A stretch of 64,000 nucleotides of DNA from Proteocatella sp. (GTDB taxonomy: Bacteria; Bacillota; Clostridia; Peptostreptococcales; Filifactoraceae), in assembly GCA_051653405.1 (NCBI GenBank), contig JBOFWC010000062.1:1439-65438 (forward strand). Direction: 5' to 3'. The first letter of the stretch is position 1. Each line of letters begins with the position of its first letter. Below, piece by piece: positions 46,755-54,556 of the stretch. The translations under genes were made by a program, and so were the position numbers. Under the pieces are notes generated by a model that had not been told where the DNA came from, did no database searches, and saw only the letters and a list, made by a program, of their open reading frames with translations.

Positions 46755-48429
46755 CCGATCTGTCTCCTTTTAACCAAGATTTAAGAAGTTGAGCTGATAT
46801 TTCTGGATTTTGTTCTGCAAATTCTCTTATATTTGTTCTAAGTTCCAAACTTTTTTCATTCTTAATATTTATAAGATTGTCTTTTGCATCATCCTTATCC
46901 GCCTCCATAAGCTTAACTAGTTCCTCTGGAATTTCTACTAAAGACTCTTCTTTTGGAATTTGTACCGCTTTAAGTTTGGCTTTCTTCTTCTTCATTCTTA
47001 AGAAGATTAGTAGTGTTGCTATAAGTGCTATTAGAAGCGCTATTGCCACTGCTGCAATTATAAGTATTTGCTTCTTGTCAAAAGTTTTCTCTTCTGTAAC
47101 TCCTTCATTAGGATCAAAGAATTCACCTTTTACTATAGATATTTTGTCAACTCTCTTTTGAGGATCTATCCCCGCTGAATTCCCTACAAGTTTTAACAGG
47201 TCGTCATTAGACACTGTATCTGCATTGCCCTTATTATTTATTGATACTGATACAGTAAGATCGTCTATCATACCTGCATCAATCTGAGTCTGCTCTTTTA
47301 TTTGATCCACCAAATAGTCTATGTCATTTTGATTTATTATCTGAGTTTCATTTCCATTAAGCTCTATATTTCCATAAATTGGAATATCTGCGTTTGTCTC
47401 TGTCCCAGGAACTCCACCCGTGGCATTTTTATCCCTTACGACCTCTTGATTTATAGATTCTTTTGAGGGTATCCCTCTTTTAATCTCATTTGTTTGAGCC
47501 TGGTCATCTTGTCCTGCAGCATTAGGATCTGCAACTCCTGCATTTTGATTCTGAACTCCATCGTTTACGTCAGGTTGAAAATAGTTTATAGTTTCACGTA
47601 TCTTTTTATTCATGTCAATTTTAGCTTTTACTGAAACTTTTACATTTTCTTCCCCATAGAATGGTATAAGTACATTTGTTACTTTTGCTTTTACTGAATT
47701 TTCTAGCTGTTTTTCAAACTCTGCTCTAAGTTGGTTTAATTCAGTCTGAAGGTTTGGTGTCACTGAAACATCATTTCCTTCTCCATCTATTACGACTACA
47801 TTCTCCATAGCAAGTTCTGGAATACTTTTTGCAACAAGTCTTTGAATAGCTTTGACCTGTTCTGGAGTAGGCGAGCCTCCATCTTTCATAATAACTACTA
47901 CAGAAGCTGTCGTTTCTGTAATATTTTTACTATCAAGCACATATTTTCTATCTTCACCTAAAGCTATGGTTACCTTGGCATCCTTTACCCCATCAAATAG
48001 GGTTATCGTGGATCCAATTCTATCTTGAAGCTCAAAAAGCTTGTAGTTATTTTTTTCAAAATCTGTGGTCATAAGATCTATATTGTCTTTGAAAACATTA
48101 TATGTGAATCCACTCTTGGGATAGCCTTCATATACTAGCTGAGCTTTTAATTTTTGTTCCTGCTCAGCTGGAACCAATATGGTTCCTCCATTTTCAAATT
48201 TATAATCTATTTTAGATTCTTGAAGTTTTCCTATTATCTCACTAGCTTCTTGATCATTAAGACCCGTAAATAATACCTCATAATCTTTATTATTTAAAAT
48301 AAGTGCTGCCGCTACTGAAAATATTATTACTCCTAGAGTTCCTGCGATTATAATTTTTCTTGTTCGCCCACTAAATTTTGACCAAAATTCCTTAGCCTTA
48401 TCTATATAAACTTTTATTTTGTCTTTCAA
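46747..48429 (-). CDS. fliF: Flagellar MS-ring protein FliF
   Basis: N-terminal TM helix, YscJ/FliF domain (LFTGLNDQEASEIIGKLQE) and a C-terminal TM helix plus FliG-binding tail. Confidence 0.95.
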   Translation of the reverse strand: MKDKIKVYIDKAKEFWSKFSGRTRKIIIAGTLGVIIFSVAAALILNNKDYEVLFTGLNDQEASEIIGKLQESKIDYKFENGGTILVPAEQEQKLKAQLVYEGYPKSGFTYNVFKDNIDLMTTDFEKNNYKLFELQDRIGSTITLFDGVKDAKVTIALGEDRKYVLDSKNITETTASVVVIMKDGGSPTPEQVKAIQRLVAKSIPELAMENVVVIDGEGNDVSVTPNLQTELNQLRAEFEKQLENSVKAKVTNVLIPFYGEENVKVSVKAKIDMNKKIRETINYFQPDVNDGVQNQNAGVADPNAAGQDDQAQTNEIKRGIPSKESINQEVVRDKNATGGVPGTETNADIPIYGNIELNGNETQIINQNDIDYLVDQIKEQTQIDAGMIDDLTVSVSINNKGNADTVSNDDLLKLVGNSAGIDPQKRVDKISIVKGEFFDPNEGVTEEKTFDKKQILIIAAVAIALLIALIATLLIFLRMKKKKAKLKAVQIPKEESLVEIPEELVKLMEADKDDAKDNLINIKNEKSLELRTNIREFAEQNPEISAQLLKSWLKGDRSDE

Positions 48430-48474
48430 TTAACTTACCCCTCACCATTTTGTTAAACTTTAATCCTTAGGCTT

Positions 48475-48789
48475 TTAGAAATTTATTCGCATTATTTCAC
48501 TATATGATTCCATCGCTCTATTTCTCAATTGAACCATATAGTCAACTGAAATTTGAGCTTTCGTAGCCGCTATTGTAAGGTTATGCACATCATCTGTTTG
48601 CCCTGTTGCTAAAAGATATTGTTGTTTAGAAACTTCATCATCAGTCTTTTTCACATTGTTTACCGCTTCCATAAAAACGTCTTTAAAAACAGCATCTCCA
48701 TTTCTGCTTGTTTGTTCAGAACCTACTGTTTTCCCAAATTTTTGAATTTCCGATAATGAAGTTATCTTCTGCATTTCATTTATAAACAT
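48475..48789 (-). CDS. fliE: Flagellar hook-basal body protein FliE
   Basis: C-terminal LHNLTIAATKAQISVDYMVQLRNRAMESYSEIMRI is FliE-like. The ATG at 48789 lies 5 nt after GGAGG. Confidence 0.85.
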   Translation of the reverse strand: MFINEMQKITSLSEIQKFGKTVGSEQTSRNGDAVFKDVFMEAVNNVKKTDDEVSKQQYLLATGQTDDVHNLTIAATKAQISVDYMVQLRNRAMESYSEIMRINF

Positions 48790-48804
48790 AACTGCCTCCA
48801 AATT

Positions 48805-49206
48805 TTATCCTCTTATAGCACTTCTTATTCGTGCAAATTCATCAGATATAGCTCTTACGCTATATTGATACTGTAAGCTCGCTCTAGCTAATTCTACATA
48901 TTCCGCATCTGTATTTACATTATTTTCATCCATTCTTACGCTCTCATCTTCTGGAATATTAAGCTTAAAGTCTGTAGCACCTATAATTTCTGTAAATTTT
49001 CCTTTTGCTCCAGGTTCTTCCCCTGTCAATGAATTGTTTTCTCTTACTAATCTAGACCTAAGTTCATCCTCAAATGTCAAAAACCTAGTTTTATATCCTG
49101 GCGTGTCTTGATTCGCTATGTTTTCTGATATAACCCCCTGTTTTTTCCAAAGATAATCTAATGATTTTTGAGTTAAATCTATAGAATTGCTAAATAACTT
49201 ATTCAT
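48805..49206 (-). CDS. flgB: Flagellar basal-body rod protein FlgB
   Basis: ISENIANQDTPGYK rod motif and a C-terminal VNTDAEYVELARASLQYQ segment. Confidence 0.9.
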   Translation of the reverse strand: MNKLFSNSIDLTQKSLDYLWKKQGVISENIANQDTPGYKTRFLTFEDELRSRLVRENNSLTGEEPGAKGKFTEIIGATDFKLNIPEDESVRMDENNVNTDAEYVELARASLQYQYSVRAISDEFARIRSAIRG

Positions 49207-49244
49207 AAACTTCCTCCCTTAAGTAAGCTAGATACGATTTTCTA

Positions 49245-49946
49245 TTAAATAATATCATTATCTTCCTCAAACTTTGACTTTCCTCTTTTATTCTCAATAT
49301 CTATTCTAAATATAGCTTGTTTAAGCATGCTTTCTTCTACAAGATTTAGTGATATTATCTTGCACCCATAGTAATAATGCGGATCCTTAGGATATCTTTC
49401 TCTCCTTATTACTTCTAATTTTACCGGAAGGGGTTCTTTTGTAAATTCAAATAACATATCTACAACCTGCCCAACTTTTAGAGATTCCGATGTAAAAAAG
49501 CATACGCCTCCTCCACTTACATCCTTCATTACCACAGGTATTGCAACCTCTTCATCAGTTTCTTCATCTTCAAAAGTAACCTTAGTCTTATAAATATAGT
49601 CTACTTTAAGATCATTTTTTAGTTCATTGCTTATATTCTCAAAATCCTTAAAGAATACAGCATTGCCATCTATATACTCAATTTCACCTCTATATATTTG
49701 ATCATATTTTTCAAGCGATTTAAAATAGAGTGTCCCTTTATCTTTGATCAATTTTACATCCCAAATAGAAAGAAGTTGGATAACCGCTATCTTAGATCCT
49801 ACATAATCTAAATAAGCTCCTATAAGCTCATTACCTTTTTCATCTGAAATTATTACATTTTTATAAGGCTCAATATTTCGCTTGTCTGTAAAAGTATCGC
49901 TAGCTTTAGTCTCCAAATTATTGTCTTTAAGTGATTCTTTTGACAT
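49245..49946 (-). CDS. PilZ-domain protein (YcgR/MotI-like) as first gene of the fla operon
   Basis: DVSGGGVCF matches the D/NxSxxG half of the PilZ motif, but no RxxxR lies 20-30 aa upstream (KNDLKVD instead). About 120 aa of N-terminal beta-rich domain. Confidence 0.7.
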   Translation of the reverse strand: MSKESLKDNNLETKASDTFTDKRNIEPYKNVIISDEKGNELIGAYLDYVGSKIAVIQLLSIWDVKLIKDKGTLYFKSLEKYDQIYRGEIEYIDGNAVFFKDFENISNELKNDLKVDYIYKTKVTFEDEETDEEVAIPVVMKDVSGGGVCFFTSESLKVGQVVDMLFEFTKEPLPVKLEVIRRERYPKDPHYYYGCKIISLNLVEESMLKQAIFRIDIENKRGKSKFEEDNDII

Positions 49947-50578
49947 AGTCTAAATTTTTCCTTTCTCTCTTAAAAATAAAATTTGTTATTTTTAAGCTCA
50001 AACTATTAATAGCCAAAAAGTGTTTTTCTTAAATTAAGGGAATTAAAACTAGAACAAGGTTATAATCATCAAATTTAAGTTTTTAAAATTTATGTAACTT
50101 GCAAATTTGATCTATGGATTTGATAAAATTTAAAATCGTTGAGTTTTGATTAAAATTAAAATAGGTAAAATATTATTTTTTTATTATATTAACATTATAC
50201 CTTTTTATATACCCTTGTTCAAGAAAATCACGTGGTTTTTTACGACTATTTTAGTGGCTTTTTTATGTCTTTTTTGTGTCTTTTTTGCACCATTCTTATT
50301 ATTTAAAAACCTATTCACATCATCATTAATTATGATTTTAATAATAAATATAGAATTATTTGTAATCGTTGATATTATCTTAATTTTCGATAAGTATACT
50401 AATTTTAATTATATATTAATCTTTCTTAGCAGTCAAACTATTAATATCCTATATTTATATATTTTTCATACGTTTAGTATCTACCCCTCAAAAATAAAAT
50501 ACAAACTATTTAAAAAAATTAAATAAGCAGATATCCCAATTAGCTAAAATATAGTTTAAGCTTAATGATAACTTACTT

Positions 50579-51499
50579 TTAGGCAATCTTATTAAAGTCC
50601 TTAAAAGCTTTTGTACGCTTTGTGTCTAAAACCGATACAGACAGTCCTAGAAGTATTATTAACCCGCCAATCCACTGTAATGTCGATAGACTCTCCCCCA
50701 GTACAATCCTTGCCGATATAAGGCCTGTCACTGGAACCATAAGCGAAAGTGGTGATATCTTAGAAGCTTCATATTTACCAAGAAGAATACTCCACATTCC
50801 ATATCCGAATATTGTCGCGCCAAGCGCTAAATACAGTATTGAAAACAACGATATGGGTTTTAATGCAAAAATCGAATCTAAAATCACCTTAGGTGAATCC
50901 ATAAAAATTGCCATTATTAAAAGTGGGATTGGCGGAATTAGGCTGCTCCACACAACAACTCCCATCATGTCAAGCTTCTGACCTTTTTCTTCAGCCTTAT
51001 TTGAAGCCGATTTGATTACTATATTGGAAATAGCCCAAAACCCTGCCGCTGAAAGCGTCAAAAATAGTGCAAAAAAAGATATTCCTCCAATGCCATCCAA
51101 TGCACTTTTACCTATAAAACAAAGTCCTGTAAGCGATATTAAAAGCCCTACAAACTGCTTTGCTTTTATCTTTTCTTTAAGTATTATAAATGCTACTATA
51201 GGAGTCATAAATGCAGCTGATTGCAATAATATTGACGATAATCCTGCTGGCATGCCTATCTTCATCGCATAAAATAGACACGAAAACTGTCCCACCCCTA
51301 CCGAAAATCCATAAAGCACAATATCTCTTAAGGAAATATTTGGCCTTTTTACGAAAAATATCGCCGGTATGACACACAAATATCTCAACGCTGCTAAAAG
51401 CATTGGGGGTACTCCAGAAAGTCCGAGTTTTATGACTGTAAAATTTGCTCCCCACACAATAACAACTAATAACGCTAATAATAAATCCTTCTTCTTCAT
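50579..51499 (-). CDS. EamA/DMT-family transporter
   Basis: Ten predicted TM helices in two EamA-type halves. The start overlaps the cca stop (ATGA). Confidence 0.8.
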   Translation of the reverse strand: MKKKDLLLALLVVIVWGANFTVIKLGLSGVPPMLLAALRYLCVIPAIFFVKRPNISLRDIVLYGFSVGVGQFSCLFYAMKIGMPAGLSSILLQSAAFMTPIVAFIILKEKIKAKQFVGLLISLTGLCFIGKSALDGIGGISFFALFLTLSAAGFWAISNIVIKSASNKAEEKGQKLDMMGVVVWSSLIPPIPLLIMAIFMDSPKVILDSIFALKPISLFSILYLALGATIFGYGMWSILLGKYEASKISPLSLMVPVTGLISARIVLGESLSTLQWIGGLIILLGLSVSVLDTKRTKAFKDFNKIA

Positions 51500-52716
51500 C
51501 TATCCTCCTCATTTGAAATAATTTTAGCTCTAGCAAGTAATTCTTCCTTTGAATTACTTAGTTTTTCTTCAACTACCTCTTCCAATAATCTATCAAGTAA
51601 ATCCCCTAAAGACTTCCCCTTTTGTATCCCTATTTCTAATAAATCATTACCATTAATCGCTAACTGACTAAGAGAAAAACACAGTTTTTCTTCCTTAATC
51701 TGCATTAAAAGTGATTTGAAAGGTTCTATGTTTTCCTCAAAATAAACATTTCTTAAATCAAGTAAATCTATAAAATCTTCGTCGCCATATTCTCTAAGCA
51801 TACGTTTTATAAAAACTTTATCTCTTTTAAGGGATATTCTCATTCCCGATATAAGTTTAATTACTTTATTTCGAGTCTTATTATCAAGTCTTAAGCTATC
51901 TATAGCTTCCCTTATCACAACTATATCTAAATTCTCAAGATATTGATTTATAAATAATGATGCTAGTCTAGACTCAAAAGCGTTTAGATGTGTAAACTTC
52001 ATACTCAAATTTTCAAAAAGTTTATCCTCTAATTTTAAACACGGGAATATAACTGTAAGTGGTTGGCCATATTTTTCCAATGTGCCCCCTACATATTCTC
52101 CCATCAGAAGTTTTTTTAATTCCTCGGAAATTCTTTCTCTAGATATATTTTTTAACAAAGCTTTGTATTCACAAATATACGCATAGGTATTTTCATCTAT
52201 TTCAAACCCTTTTTCACTAGAAAATCTTAAAGCTCTAAGTATTCTAAGCGCATCTTCCTTTAATCTTTCGCTTGGGTCTCCTACACATCTTATTTTTCTA
52301 TTTTCTATATCTTTAATGCCTCCAAATAAATCTATTAGGCCTTCCTTATGATTATAAGCCATAGCATTTATCGTAAAATCTCGTCTACTCAAATCCAACT
52401 TTATATCTTTTATAAAATTTACATGCTCAGGGCTTCTGTTTTTTATATAGTCCCCTTCAGACCTATAGGTTGTAATCTCATATATAGATCCATCTAACAA
52501 AACTCCAACTGTTCCATGTCTAATCCCTATGTCAATTATTTTAAAATCGTTAAAAATATATCTTATCTTTTCTGGAACAGCATCCGTTGTAACATCCCAG
52601 TCTTTTGGAGTAGAATCCATCAAAATGTCTCTTACACATCCACCTACTATGTAAGCCTCGTATCCATATGACATAAGACGTTCAAGTATCATAGTTACAG
52701 TATTAGGTAGCATCAT
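51496..52716 (-). CDS. cca: CCA-adding tRNA nucleotidyltransferase
   Basis: YIVGGCVRDILMDSTPKDWDVTT, RDFTINAMA and an ALRILRALRF-type motif. Confidence 0.9.
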   Translation of the reverse strand: MMLPNTVTMILERLMSYGYEAYIVGGCVRDILMDSTPKDWDVTTDAVPEKIRYIFNDFKIIDIGIRHGTVGVLLDGSIYEITTYRSEGDYIKNRSPEHVNFIKDIKLDLSRRDFTINAMAYNHKEGLIDLFGGIKDIENRKIRCVGDPSERLKEDALRILRALRFSSEKGFEIDENTYAYICEYKALLKNISRERISEELKKLLMGEYVGGTLEKYGQPLTVIFPCLKLEDKLFENLSMKFTHLNAFESRLASLFINQYLENLDIVVIREAIDSLRLDNKTRNKVIKLISGMRISLKRDKVFIKRMLREYGDEDFIDLLDLRNVYFEENIEPFKSLLMQIKEEKLCFSLSQLAINGNDLLEIGIQKGKSLGDLLDRLLEEVVEEKLSNSKEELLARAKIISNEEDR

Positions 52717-52860
52717 AAGTTCAACCCTTTCTTGCGTTTCAAATTTTATGCTTTAAATTATATTTTATCATATACTTTAGCTATATTTAAATTAATTTAT
52801 TTTTTTATTTGCTAAATCTGTAAAAATAATCTAATTAGCAATAGTTTTTATTTTTAACCA

Positions 52861-52876
52861 GCTATAAATTTATAGC
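52861..52876. promoter_or_regulatory. 16-bp perfect palindrome GCTATAAATTTATAGC abutting the metF promoter
   Basis: Read directly. It ends 2 nt before the -35 hexamer. Confidence 0.5.
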
Positions 52877-52878
52877 GC

Positions 52879-52907
52879 TTGCATTTAAATAAACTGTCTG
52901 TTATAAT
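52879..52907 (+). promoter_or_regulatory. SigA-type promoter for the metF operon
   Basis: TTGCAT-N17-TATAAT, about 70 nt upstream of metF. Confidence 0.65.
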
Positions 52908-52980
52908 TATAAAAATGTTTTATTTGTTTAATAATTAACAATTTTATATAATATATCTCAATTTAGACAGGAGGCCTGCT

Positions 52981-53838
52981 ATGTATATCAAAAATCTATA
53001 TGCCCTAAAAAAACCAGTTATGTCCTTTGAAGTTTTTCCCCCTAATAATGAAGCCTCGATAGAAACGCTTTATGAGCCCTTGGAAAAAATAAACAATTTA
53101 AATCCAGCTTTTATAAGTGTTACCTATGGCGCTGGTGGAAGTAATAATAGTAGCAATACAATTGATATAGCGTCTCATATAAAGAACACCTTATCTACCG
53201 AATCTCTAGCTCACCTAACAGCTATCAACTCAAGTAAGTCTGATATTAAAAAGCTTCTTGATGATATGAGTTCTAAAAATATTGAAAATATACTTGCATT
53301 AAGAGGAGATTTGACTCCTGGAAGCACTAATAAAGGCGATTTTGCACATGCGAGTGATTTGATAAAGTTTATAAAAGAAAATGGAAATTTCAGTATCGGT
53401 GCAGCATGTTATCCAGAAGGGCATGTGGAGTGTGATGATTTATGCGATAACTATAGACACCTTTATAAAAAGCAAGAAAATGGAGCTGACTTTTTTATAT
53501 CTCAGTTGTTTTTTGAAAATGGAAAATTCTTTAGATTCTTAGAAATGGCCCAAAGCAAGGGAATAAAAGTTCCTATAATCGCGGGTATTATGCCTGTATT
53601 ATCAAAATCTCAGGTAGAGAAAATGATATTTAAATGCGGCGTAAGTCTTCCTTCTGCTATAGTTAAAATTCTATACAAGTATGAAAACAGCCCTGAGGAC
53701 TTAAAAAAAGCAGGCCTAGAATATACACTTATGCAGATAGAAGACCTTGTAAAAAATGGTCAAAGTTTTATTCACGTATATTCTATGAATAAGCCTGAAA
53801 TCGCACAAAAATGCAAACAATTCTTTGATTCCCTTTAA
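52981..53838 (+). CDS. metF: 5,10-methylenetetrahydrofolate reductase
   Basis: SFEVFPP...FISVTYGAGGS...ILALRGD...YPEGH...ISQLFF, the MetF family pattern. Confidence 0.9.
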   Translation: MYIKNLYALKKPVMSFEVFPPNNEASIETLYEPLEKINNLNPAFISVTYGAGGSNNSSNTIDIASHIKNTLSTESLAHLTAINSSKSDIKKLLDDMSSKNIENILALRGDLTPGSTNKGDFAHASDLIKFIKENGNFSIGAACYPEGHVECDDLCDNYRHLYKKQENGADFFISQLFFENGKFFRFLEMAQSKGIKVPIIAGIMPVLSKSQVEKMIFKCGVSLPSAIVKILYKYENSPEDLKKAGLEYTLMQIEDLVKNGQSFIHVYSMNKPEIAQKCKQFFDSL

Positions 53839-53851
53839 TATTGGAGTATAT

Positions 53852-54556
53852 ATGATCCAAAACCTAGATGTAGATATAATACTAAAAAAAATATGTACGG
53901 AAAATCAACCATTTCCACAAGATTTAATTTCAGATGTATCTGATTTGATTGCTAAATGTATAAAATATTCAAAACCAAAATACTGTTATAGAATTCTAGA
54001 TATTGAACATATTTCTGAAACTGAAATAAAACTATCTAATTCAAATTATTCGCTAACAGGAAAGCATATATCCTCTCATTTAAGAAACGCTTCAAAAGTG
54101 GCTGTTTTTGCAGCCACACTTGGCGTTTCTTTTGACAATTATTTAAAAGTTTTGCAATTAAAAGAATTGTATGGCGCCTTTATTTTAGATATATGTGCTA
54201 ATGAATACATTGAAAATTTCTGTGATTTTGTTCAAGAGGATATAAGAACGTTAGAAGATTTATCTGAGTATATGCTTCTTCCTAGATTCAGCCCTGGATA
54301 TGGAGATCTTCCGCTGTCATCTCAAACAGAACTTCTAAATTTGCTTGGTGCCCAAAGAAAAATCGGACTTACCTGCACCTCATCACATATAATGATTCCA
54401 AGAAAATCGGTAACTGCGATTGTCGGTCTTGTGAATAAAAATATTTCCAAAATTCCAAATGATAAATCCGTATGTGATATTTGTCAGTTTAATAAAAATT
54501 GTGAGCTTAAAAAAGGAGGCTTAAGCTGTGGACGTAAGAGAATACATGAAAGATAA
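53852..54556 (+). CDS. Stand-alone methionine synthase activation (SAM-binding) domain protein
   Basis: RFSPGYGDLPL and IMIPRKSVTAIVG motifs of the MetH activation domain. Cys-rich C-terminus CDICQFNKNCELKKGGLSC. The ATG at 53852 follows TGGAG. Confidence 0.7.
   Translation: MIQNLDVDIILKKICTENQPFPQDLISDVSDLIAKCIKYSKPKYCYRILDIEHISETEIKLSNSNYSLTGKHISSHLRNASKVAVFAATLGVSFDNYLKVLQLKELYGAFILDICANEYIENFCDFVQEDIRTLEDLSEYMLLPRFSPGYGDLPLSSQTELLNLLGAQRKIGLTCTSSHIMIPRKSVTAIVGLVNKNISKIPNDKSVCDICQFNKNCELKKGGLSCGRKRIHER

Noticed and set aside
49947-50145. c-di-GMP-I (GEMM) riboswitch or invertible flagellar switch upstream of flgB, as in C. difficile
   Set aside because: By eye I found none of the conserved GC-rich GEMM helices (GCAAAGC-type elements). 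There are no long inverted repeats, only 8-bp AT-only matches that are expected by chance.
50146-50526. 126-aa F/I/L-rich ORF in the AT-rich spacer
   Set aside because: It has a TTG start without an SD, and its composition is what T-rich DNA yields by chance. It is not annotated as a CDS, but is kept as an open question in the findings.
52717-52980. SAM (S-box) riboswitch or T-box leader upstream of metF
   Set aside because: The region is almost devoid of G/C and lacks the conserved S-box helices and the T-box sequence. The predicted leader is too short. A covariance-model scan is needed to be certain.
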